Notes: a model not told the origin generated them from the letters alone. Numbered from the stretch's first letter, positions 8,344 to 15,499 are shown. The stretch: 15,661 nt of DNA from a candidate division WOR-3 bacterium (GCA_039803745.1 JBDRZD010000043.1:1-15661), one strand, 5' to 3'. A program made the numbers and translations.

Positions 8344-9476
8344 TTATCAATGAATTCTTCAACAGGTTTTCCACTTCTTAACGATTTTAATACTGGATAA
8401 ATTAAAAATTTTTTTAACTTTTCATAACTTATTTTATTATTTTCACCATTCCTTTTTATAATTTCATTAACTTTTTTATCAACAAAATCAAGAACCTCAA
8501 TTATTTTTTCCTCTTTTAAAATCCATTTTTCAAACTCTTTCCCTTCTTTTTTTGCTCTTAATTTAACATACGAACTTATTTCCTCTTTTTCCTTAATCCT
8601 TTCTTCTATTACCTTTTTAAACTCATCTATTCCATGATATATTATATTGTTTAACTTTTTAATTTCTTTTGATACATTTTCAGGGAATCCGAGATCAATT
8701 ATAATTTTTGGGTTGCTCTTCTCTTCAATATGGTGAGGGTAAATTAAAGGGTTTTTTGAATTTGTTGCAAAGATAACTGCTTCATATTCTTTAATTAATA
8801 ATGGCAGTGTTTTTTCATTATATAATACAACATCAAGATGGGCATGCTCTTCAAGAAATTTTTTCCTTTCTTCACTTTTTGTTGCAATTTTAAAAGGTAT
8901 TTTATTTTTAACAAGATATCTTGATATTGCTATCCCCATCTCACCTGTGCCAACAAGAAGCACATTTAAATTCTTAATATCTTCATTTAACTCCCTTATA
9001 TATATTGAGACAATTGCAGGTATTGATAAGGAGCCCTTCTGGAGTTCTGTTTCTTCTCTTATCTTTTTAGAAATGGATAGAGCCTTTTCAAAAGTTTTAC
9101 CAAGATATTTACCTATCCATCCCTTTTTCTTTGCCTCAATGTAAGCCTTTTTTACCTGTCCCTGAACCTCAGGCTCACCAATTGCAGGGGAATCAGAGCC
9201 TGTTGCAACAAGAACAAGATGTTCAAAAATTTCTGAAGGTTGAATAAGGATTTCCGCGTAGTGAATTAAATCAGAAGGAACAAATTTTTTTATAATCTCA
9301 TCTTTTTTATTTTTCTCTATAAAAAAATAACCTTCAACCCTATAGCATGTAACAAGAAGAACTTTCTCTTTTATAAAAGGGAGATCTTCTTCAATTTTAT
9401 TTTTGAAAATGTTGAAAATTTCTTCTCTTATTTTTACAGGTGCTTTTCTATGGGTGAAGAGAACACCAAGAAGCAT
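8328..9476 (-). CDS. hemA: glutamyl-tRNA reductase; ATG 9476 preferred over TTG 9512
   Basis: HRKAPVKIRE, TCYRVE, GSDS..GEPEVQGQVK, GTGEMG (NADPH binding), DLGFPENV; the tracked TTG 9512 is the -35 box of the promoter. Confidence 0.92.
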   Translation of the reverse strand: MLLGVLFTHRKAPVKIREEIFNIFKNKIEEDLPFIKEKVLLVTCYRVEGYFFIEKNKKDEIIKKFVPSDLIHYAEILIQPSEIFEHLVLVATGSDSPAIGEPEVQGQVKKAYIEAKKKGWIGKYLGKTFEKALSISKKIREETELQKGSLSIPAIVSIYIRELNEDIKNLNVLLVGTGEMGIAISRYLVKNKIPFKIATKSEERKKFLEEHAHLDVVLYNEKTLPLLIKEYEAVIFATNSKNPLIYPHHIEEKSNPKIIIDLGFPENVSKEIKKLNNIIYHGIDEFKKVIEERIKEKEEISSYVKLRAKKEGKEFEKWILKEEKIIEVLDFVDKKVNEIIKRNGENNKISYEKLKKFLIYPVLKSLRSGKPVEEFIDKWLKK

Positions 9477-9482
9477 AGTTTT

Positions 9483-9512
9483 ATTATATGGAAATTTTGA
9501 ATTTTTTTTCAA
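9483..9512 (-). promoter_or_regulatory. sigma70-type promoter of hem operon (leaderless geometry)
   Basis: TTGAAA (9512-9507), 18 bp, TATAAT (9488-9483), 6 nt, ATG 9476. Confidence 0.75.
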
Positions 9513-9518
9513 TATAAT
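9489..9518 (+). promoter_or_regulatory. sigma70-type promoter of the chelatase gene, overlapping the hem promoter
   Basis: TGGAAA (9489-9494), 18 bp, TATAAT (9513-9518), 6 nt, ATG 9525. Confidence 0.6.
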
Positions 9519-9524
9519 TTATTT

Positions 9525-10028
9525 ATGAAAAAAGTTTTAATTTTAATAGGACATGGTGATATTCCTTATGATTTTCCAAAAGAGAAACTAAAAGAATATT
9601 TCAAGTTAAGAACCTTGCAAAGGAGCGGTTCAATAAATGAAGAAGAAAAAAGATATTTTTTAAAACTTGAAGAGGAATTGAAAAAATGGAAAAGGAATAA
9701 ATCAAATGATTATCATTATTTTAATATAAAGAAATTTTCAAAATATTTGCAAAAAGAAATTAATATAAAGGTTGATTTTGCCTTTAACGAGTTTTGCTCT
9801 CCAGATATTAAAGAAAAATTTGAAGAAATAAAAGATAAATATGATGAATTTTATTTTTTACCAACTATGATATTTAGTGGAAAACATACTCATTTTGAAA
9901 TAAAGGAAAAAATTGAAGATTTAAAAAAAGAAAATCCTGATAAAAAAATTTTTTATGTTTATCCCTTAAAAGAAGATTTGGTAAAAAAATTTTTTGTTGG
10001 AATTATAAAAGAATTTATTAATAAATGA
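9525..10028 (+). CDS. small CbiX/SirB-family class II chelatase
   Basis: LILIGHG (His1), AFNEFCSPDI, LPTMIFSGKH (His2); divergent from hemA; metal and substrate not determinable. Confidence 0.8.
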   Translation: MKKVLILIGHGDIPYDFPKEKLKEYFKLRTLQRSGSINEEEKRYFLKLEEELKKWKRNKSNDYHYFNIKKFSKYLQKEINIKVDFAFNEFCSPDIKEKFEEIKDKYDEFYFLPTMIFSGKHTHFEIKEKIEDLKKENPDKKIFYVYPLKEDLVKKFFVGIIKEFINK

Positions 10029-10506
10029 ATTTGACCATTTCTTCTTTTTTTCTCCTTGGAGGAGGCTCAGGGATAAATTCAGGATAGCCAACAGGTGTAA
10101 TTGTTGCAATATAATGTTCTTTTGGTATATTAAGTTTTTCTTTAACATCTTCTCTATCCATTGCTGCTATCCAGCACGTTCCAATTCCATAACACCATGC
10201 AGCAAGCATAAAATGGTATGCGGCAATGTGTCCATCTTCATATACTCTTTTTGTTTTACTTGGATCAACGCATATTGCAACAGCCATTGGAGCGTTTTTT
10301 AAAGGTAAGCTGTATTCTCTTATATGTGCGAGGAAGTTCAAAATTTCCCTATTTTTTATAACTATATAATAATAAGATTGGGAGTTTTTTGATGTTGGAG
10401 AGAATCTACATATTTCAAAAATTTTCCACAAGATCTTTTCAGGTACTTCATCTTTTTTAAAATTTCTTATACTCCTTCTTGTTAACAAGAGTTTTCTTCC
10501 TGTCAT
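10018..10506 (-). CDS. nitroreductase-family flavoprotein
   Basis: RRSIRNF, SPTSKNSQ, MLAAWCYGIGTCWI, TPVGYP; GGAGG upstream; ATGA overlap with ispG. Confidence 0.92.
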   Translation of the reverse strand: MTGRKLLLTRRSIRNFKKDEVPEKILWKIFEICRFSPTSKNSQSYYYIVIKNREILNFLAHIREYSLPLKNAPMAVAICVDPSKTKRVYEDGHIAAYHFMLAAWCYGIGTCWIAAMDREDVKEKLNIPKEHYIATITPVGYPEFIPEPPPRRKKEEMVKFIY

Positions 10507-11684
10507 TTTGTCCTCCCTTTTAAATAATTTTCAATTTCAACTTTAAATTCTTCTTCTGCATTTTCTATCTTTACATTTTTTAAAAAATTTCCGTCTTTAT
10601 ATATAGCTGCCTTTTTTTCACCTTTTCCGGGTAAACATAATGCTAAATCTGCAAATTTTGCTTCACCAGGACCATTTACCACACATCCCATTATAGCAAT
10701 TTTTAATTCTTTAAAATGAGGATAAATTTTTTCCCATTCCTTTCTTTTTGTTTTTAGATAATTATCTATCTTCTCTGCTATTTCTTTAAAAATTTCGCTA
10801 TCTGTCCTACCACATCCAGGACAACTTATTATTTCTGGATGGAAGCGCCTCAAATTGAGTGCCTGTAAAATCTCCTTTGCAACTTCAACCTCTTTTCTTC
10901 TTGATTCATCTTTTCTTTCTGTTAAGGAGACCCTTATTGTATCACCAATCCCTTCAAGTAAAAGTGTTCCAATTCCTATTGAAGATGATACTATTCCTTT
11001 TATATCTCCACCTGCTTCTGTTAATCCTATGTGTAAGGGAAACCTTGTTCTTTTTGCAAGTTCTCTATAAACATAAATCAAATCTTTTACATCAGAAGTT
11101 TTTGCTGACAAAATGATTTTATTTTCCGCAAGTCCAATTTCAATAGCCCTTTCAGCACTCCTTATAACTGATTCAATCAATGCTTCAAGAGAAATTTCCC
11201 TTAAACTCTTTTTAAAATCTTTATTCTCTTTTATTTTTTCATCAAGTATTTTTTTATCAACTGAACCCAAATTTCCACCTATTCTAACAGGTTTATCATT
11301 TTCAATTGCTATTTTTATCATTTCATCAAAATCCTTTTGATGAACCGTTGTTCCAGGATTTATTCTATATTTATCCAAAATTTTTGCAGTCTGAGGGAAT
11401 TTTTTTAAAAGATAAGCACCATTAAAATGAAAATCACCAATTATTGGGATATTATATCCTTTATCTTTTAACTCCTCTATTATAAAAGGAACTGCTTTTG
11501 CTGCCTCCTCTGTATTAACTGCAATCCTCACCATCTCACTTCCTGCCTCAATCAATTCTTTTATTTCTTTTAATACCTCTTCTTTTTTTTCTGTTCTTTT
11601 TTCTGCCATTGATTGAATTATAACAGGGTTTTCCCCACCTATAAAAATATTTCCAATTTTTACAACAATACTTTTCCTTTTCAT
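10503..11684 (-). CDS. ispG: (E)-4-hydroxy-3-methylbut-2-enyl diphosphate synthase
   Basis: IQSM, GDFHFN, RINPG, PLHIGLTEAG, GIGDTIRVSLT, CPGCGRT, AIMGCVVNGPGE. Confidence 0.97.
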   Translation of the reverse strand: MKRKSIVVKIGNIFIGGENPVIIQSMAEKRTEKKEEVLKEIKELIEAGSEMVRIAVNTEEAAKAVPFIIEELKDKGYNIPIIGDFHFNGAYLLKKFPQTAKILDKYRINPGTTVHQKDFDEMIKIAIENDKPVRIGGNLGSVDKKILDEKIKENKDFKKSLREISLEALIESVIRSAERAIEIGLAENKIILSAKTSDVKDLIYVYRELAKRTRFPLHIGLTEAGGDIKGIVSSSIGIGTLLLEGIGDTIRVSLTERKDESRRKEVEVAKEILQALNLRRFHPEIISCPGCGRTDSEIFKEIAEKIDNYLKTKRKEWEKIYPHFKELKIAIMGCVVNGPGEAKFADLALCLPGKGEKKAAIYKDGNFLKNVKIENAEEEFKVEIENYLKGRTK

Positions 11685-11691
11685 AAGATAA

Positions 11692-11697
11692 ATTATA
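11692..11697 (-). promoter_or_regulatory. possible -10 box for ispG
   Basis: TATAAT 7 nt before ATG 11684; no good -35 and no SD. Confidence 0.4.
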
Positions 11698-11710
11698 ATG
11701 GAAGATGTAG

Positions 11711-12079
11711 TTATTCCACTATTTTGAAATTTATTTCCTTTAAAAGGCTATCTTTTTTGTCTTTAATCCTCACTTTCCATTCACCTATCCATAAAGAAAA
11801 GATTCTTTTTTTACTCCATACCCTATAATTTTCAGATGCAAAATTTATTGGAAGTTTTATCTTAGCCATAACACTATCTTTATATATCCATTCATGATAG
11901 ATTGTATCAGGACTTTCTATTTTAAGATTACACCAGCAAATTAATTCCCCAATTCCTGAAACAAATACACTATCTATTTCCTGTGGTAATCTATTTGATA
12001 TTCTCTTACATATTACTGCTTCTTTAACCTCAATAGCAAAAAGAGTTGAAAATAAAAATAAAACAAGGAATTTTTTCAT
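11711..12079 (-). CDS. exported protein, DUF2914-like; ATG 12079 preferred over TTG 12115
   Basis: Signal peptide MKKFLVLFLFSTLFA; ICKRISNRLP, IYHEW, YRVWSKKRI, GEWKV pattern typical of DUF2914. Confidence 0.78.
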   Translation of the reverse strand: MKKFLVLFLFSTLFAIEVKEAVICKRISNRLPQEIDSVFVSGIGELICWCNLKIESPDTIYHEWIYKDSVMAKIKLPINFASENYRVWSKKRIFSLWIGEWKVRIKDKKDSLLKEINFKIVE

Positions 12080-12085
12080 ATTTAA

Positions 12086-12115
12086 ATTATAAAATAAATT
12101 TAAAGAACAGTTCAA
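12086..12115 (-). promoter_or_regulatory. sigma70-type promoter (leaderless geometry)
   Basis: TTGAAC (12115-12110), 18 bp, TATAAT (12091-12086), 6 nt, ATG 12079. Confidence 0.7.
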
Positions 12116-12116
12116 C

Positions 12117-12146
12117 TTGAAAAAATAAAAACCTTTTTTTTATAAT
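12117..12146 (+). promoter_or_regulatory. sigma70-type promoter of tRNA-Asp unit
   Basis: TTGAAA (12117-12122), 18 bp, TATAAT (12141-12146), 15 nt before the tRNA. Confidence 0.8.
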
Positions 12147-12161
12147 AAAAAACTCCCCTGC

Positions 12162-12236
12162 GGGGGCGTAGTTCAGCCTGGTTAGAACGCCGGCCTGTCA
12201 CGCCGGAGGTCGCGAGTTCAAATCTCGTCGCCCCCG
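12162..12236 (+). tRNA. tRNA-Asp (GTC), CCA not encoded
   Basis: Acceptor GGGGGCG/CGCCCCC, D arm GTTC..GAAC, anticodon arm CCGGC-CTGTCAC-GCCGG, T arm GCGAG-TTCAAAT-CTCGT, discriminator G followed by CTT. Confidence 0.97.
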
Positions 12237-12250
12237 CTTATTTTTAGTAT

Positions 12251-13570
12251 ATGAGAAGAAGAGTTTTGATTTTAGGTGCTGCTGGAAGAGATTTTCACAA
12301 TTTCAATATTTTTTTTAAAGATAAGGAAGAATATGAAGTTGTAGGTTTTACTGCAACGCAGATTCCAAATATAGAGGGAAGGGTTTATCCGCCAATTCTT
12401 GCAGGTAAACTTTATCCAGATGGAATAAACATTTATTCAGAAGAAGAACTTGAAAAATTAATTGAAGAATTAAAAGTTGATATATGTGTATTTTCCTATT
12501 CTGATGTTTCCCATGAACATGTTATGCATATTGCATCAAGGTGCCTTTCAAAGGGGGCTGATTTCTGGCTATTAGGACCTAAATCAACAATGCTTAAATC
12601 AAAAAAACCTGTTATAAGTGTATGTGCTGTAAGAACAGGATGCGGGAAAAGCCAGACTTCAAGAAAAGTTGCAAGGATTTTAAAGGAAAAGGGAAAGAAT
12701 GTGGCAATTGTAAGACATCCAATGCCTTATGGTGATTTAAAAAAGCAGGTTATCCAAAAGTTTGAAAATATTTCTGACCTTGACAAATATAATTGCACAA
12801 TAGAGGAAAGAGAAGAATTTGAACCCCATTTAAGATATGGATTTAAAGTTTTTGCGGGTGTTGATTATGAAAGAATTTTAAAAGAGGCTGAAAAGGATGC
12901 GGATATTATTTTATGGGATGGGGGGAATAATGATTTTCCATTTTATGAGCCTTCTCTTCATATTGTGGTTACTGACCCTTTAAGGGCAGGGCATGAAGAA
13001 AAATATCATCCTGGTGAGGTAAATATAAGGATGGCAGATGTTGTAATAATAAATAAGATAGATTCAGCACCCATTGAAAAAATAAATATTTTGAGAGAGA
13101 ATATAAGGAAACTTAATAAAAAGGCAAGAATAATTGAGGCAGCATCACCAATATTTGTTTCTAATGCTGAAAAGATAAGGAACAAAAAAGTTTGTATTGT
13201 TGAGGATGGACCAACTTTAACCCATGGTGAGATGGCTTTTGGTGCTGGGTATGTTGCTGCATTAAAATTTGGAGCAAAAGAGATTGTTTCACCAAAACCT
13301 TATGCCTGTGGTAGTATAAAACAGACTTTTGAAAAGTATCCGCAGGTTGAACTTGTTTTACCTGCAATGGGATATGGAAAAGAACAGATAAAGGACCTTG
13401 AAGATACTTTAAATAATGTTCCATGTGATATTATTATAAGTGCAACACCTGTTGACCTTTCAAAAATTTTGAAAACAAATAAAGAAATTTTAAGAGTTTA
13501 TTATGAATTACAGGAAATTGGGAGCCCGAATCTTGAAGAAATACTGGATGAATTTCTTGAAAAAATATGA
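12251..13570 (+). CDS. COG2403 P-loop enzyme (cyclic 2,3-diphosphoglycerate synthase-like; probable arginine synthetase ArcE family)
   Basis: GAAGRDFHNFN, AVRTGCGKS (Walker A-like), RHPMPYGDL, TIEEREE, WDGGNND, EDGPTLTHG, LPAMGY; family recognised from memory. Confidence 0.75.
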   Translation: MRRRVLILGAAGRDFHNFNIFFKDKEEYEVVGFTATQIPNIEGRVYPPILAGKLYPDGINIYSEEELEKLIEELKVDICVFSYSDVSHEHVMHIASRCLSKGADFWLLGPKSTMLKSKKPVISVCAVRTGCGKSQTSRKVARILKEKGKNVAIVRHPMPYGDLKKQVIQKFENISDLDKYNCTIEEREEFEPHLRYGFKVFAGVDYERILKEAEKDADIILWDGGNNDFPFYEPSLHIVVTDPLRAGHEEKYHPGEVNIRMADVVIINKIDSAPIEKINILRENIRKLNKKARIIEAASPIFVSNAEKIRNKKVCIVEDGPTLTHGEMAFGAGYVAALKFGAKEIVSPKPYACGSIKQTFEKYPQVELVLPAMGYGKEQIKDLEDTLNNVPCDIIISATPVDLSKILKTNKEILRVYYELQEIGSPNLEEILDEFLEKI

Positions 13571-14205
13571 AAGAATATTTAATTTCTATTCTTGCTTTTA
13601 TTAGTTTTTCAATCTCTTTATATTTTTCTTTAATTAATTCTCCGCCTGAAGAAAAAATGGGTGAACTCATCAGAATTCTTTATATTCATGTTCCCTTTGC
13701 GTGGTATTCTTTTGTTTCATTTACAATTACATTTATATGTAGTATCTTATATTTTTTAAAAAGAGAGGATAGATTTGATAAACTTGGAGCATCAGGAGCA
13801 GAAATTGGCTTTATTTTTATTACAATTGCAATTTTAACAGGCTCTTTATGGGCAAAATCTGTTTGGGGGGTTTTCTGGGTATGGGAACCAAGGCTCACAA
13901 CAACCCTTATCTTATGGTTTTTATATTTATCCTATCTTTTACTTAGAAAATTTATTGAAATACCTGATAAAAGAGCAAGAATTTCAGGAGTTCTTGGAAT
14001 AATATTTTATGTAGATATACCAATTATTTATTTTTCAGTTTATTTATGGAGGAGTGTTCATCCATTAATTTTTAAATTAGGTAAAATTGGAATTGAAACT
14101 CCAATGCAAATTGCACTTTTTTCAAATTTAGTTTCCTTTCTTTTTTTATTTTTGCTAATTTTTGATTTAAGATATAAAATTTATTTAAAGGAGAAAATTC
14201 CATGA
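13567..14205 (+). CDS. ccmC: heme exporter / cytochrome c biogenesis protein C
   Basis: Six hydrophobic segments, YIHVP (His1), WGVFWVWEPRLT (WWD motif), WRSVHP (His2). Confidence 0.92.
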   Translation: MKEYLISILAFISFSISLYFSLINSPPEEKMGELIRILYIHVPFAWYSFVSFTITFICSILYFLKREDRFDKLGASGAEIGFIFITIAILTGSLWAKSVWGVFWVWEPRLTTTLILWFLYLSYLLLRKFIEIPDKRARISGVLGIIFYVDIPIIYFSVYLWRSVHPLIFKLGKIGIETPMQIALFSNLVSFLFLFLLIFDLRYKIYLKEKIP

Positions 14206-14300
14206 AATTCATTTTTCTTTATATTGCCTATTTAATTGGAATTGTTGGAATTTTAATGTATCTTATATATCTTCACAAAAAAATAGATAGAATTAAATAA
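14202..14300 (+). CDS. ccmD: CcmD-like small membrane protein (not in ORF track)
   Basis: MKFIFLYIAYLIGIVGILMYLIYLHKKIDRIK (32 aa): AY motif, single TM helix, basic tail; ATGA overlap with ccmC and AAGGAG at 14188-14193. Confidence 0.8.
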   Translation: MKFIFLYIAYLIGIVGILMYLIYLHKKIDRIK

Positions 14301-15446
14301 TTATTCTTTTTTCTCTTCTTCCGCCACTTTTTCTTCCTCTTTCTTTTCCTCTTCTATTTCTTCCTCTTCTTCAGGAGCCAGAAGGTCTATCTCATCTTTT
14401 TTCTTATAAAGAATTATGAAAATTAAATTGTTGCCACTATAAAACATTGAAAGATAATAGGCTAAAACCATAAAGATTAAAAGATAGCCAATAAAGCCAA
14501 GGATATAGGAAATTGCTGCATGGAATCCTGAAAGTTTCAGAAATGATGGAATCATAACAATTTCCTCTATTCCAAGGAATTTAAAGTAGGATGAAATATT
14601 TGCTAAAAATGGATAGGAAGGCAAGAATGCCCATGCATTGTTGAGTATATTTAAAAATTTTTCCCCCATAAGCCATTTTGCAGATAAAACCCATATGCCT
14701 ATACCTATTGCTTTTCCCACAAAGAATGTAAATATACTTCCTGCTACAAACATTGTGAAGAAAAGAAGGATTTCATATACAAATAGTCTCCATGGTTGTT
14801 CATTTAAAGTTGAAAAGATTTCAAAAAGGGTATCAAATGTATCATTACTTGTTGTTCCAACTATTGATGGAGAAATGAATAAAGAAACCAAAAATGAAAC
14901 AAGTAAATAGACAATAAAAAGACAAACAAAGAATGCAGGTATTACAAAAATTATAAAAAATATCTCACCAAAATATGGTATTTTATTTATTGCCCCATAA
15001 ATTACTCCTGAAAGCAGGATTAACCCAACTATTAAGAGAATTGAAATTGGAGCGAAAAATGAAGCCAATCCTTTTGTGAAGGCAAATTTTAAAGCCTCCT
15101 TTATTTCATAAAATTCATCCCCTTTCAATTGCTCAAAATGGACTTTTGAAACTGCTGTTCCAAAAATAAAAATAAAGAATGCAAATATGAGGATGCCTAT
15201 TATATAAATTATCTTTGCCCAAGAATAAATTTCACCAAAACCAAGGATTGGTAATAGATGATATTGATCCCATAATTCCTTAAAGGTATATCCGCTTAAA
15301 ACACCAGCAATGTATGTGAAGATTGAATAGAAGATGCTGCCAATAAGAATTCCGAGAAACATTATCCATATTTTTTTAATTGATAATCCGAATCTTGCTG
15401 CTCTGAATACATCTTTAAAATTATAATGCAATTTTACAGGCATCAT
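14301..15446 (-). CDS. uncharacterised polytopic membrane protein with acidic C-terminal tail
   Basis: About 6-7 long hydrophobic segments, E-rich tail; own promoter and AGGAGG (15454-15449), spacing favours second ATG at 15443. Confidence 0.85.
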   Translation of the reverse strand: MMPVKLHYNFKDVFRAARFGLSIKKIWIMFLGILIGSIFYSIFTYIAGVLSGYTFKELWDQYHLLPILGFGEIYSWAKIIYIIGILIFAFFIFIFGTAVSKVHFEQLKGDEFYEIKEALKFAFTKGLASFFAPISILLIVGLILLSGVIYGAINKIPYFGEIFFIIFVIPAFFVCLFIVYLLVSFLVSLFISPSIVGTTSNDTFDTLFEIFSTLNEQPWRLFVYEILLFFTMFVAGSIFTFFVGKAIGIGIWVLSAKWLMGEKFLNILNNAWAFLPSYPFLANISSYFKFLGIEEIVMIPSFLKLSGFHAAISYILGFIGYLLIFMVLAYYLSMFYSGNNLIFIILYKKKDEIDLLAPEEEEEIEEEKKEEEKVAEEEKKE

Positions 15447-15469
15447 TTCCTCCTTTTTAAAGTTTAACT

Positions 15470-15499
15470 ATTATAATTTAAAAAGATGTTGGAAGTCAA
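15470..15499 (-). promoter_or_regulatory. sigma70-type promoter of the membrane protein gene
   Basis: TTGACT (15499-15494), 18 bp, TATAAT (15475-15470). Confidence 0.8.

Noticed and set aside
5050..9144. Plus-strand ORFs 5050-5463, 5907-6170, 5932-6120, 7480-7719, 8947-9144
   Set aside because: All antisense to hem-operon genes, with no SD, promoter or recognisable motifs
10018..10506. Nitroreductase as BluB or part of the heme pathway
   Set aside because: Short generic nitroreductase coupled to ispG rather than hem genes; no evidence for a specific substrate
9966..11828. Short ORFs 9966-10148, 10114-10302, 10855-11070, 10859-11116, 11113-11340, 11613-11828
   Set aside because: Overlap nitroreductase, ispG or DUF2914-like genes in alternate or antisense frames; no coding evidence
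12162..12250. tRNA as an integration site for a mobile element
   Set aside because: No integrase, no duplicated tRNA 3' end, no compositional shift; flanks look like core genes
14304..14372. Purine-rich low-complexity stretch as a repeat element
   Set aside because: It encodes the Glu/Lys tail of the membrane protein; no regular repeat unit
13161..14910. ORFs 13161-13424, 13434-13670, 13686-13898, 14638-14910
   Set aside because: Antisense shadows of the P-loop enzyme, ccmC and the membrane protein
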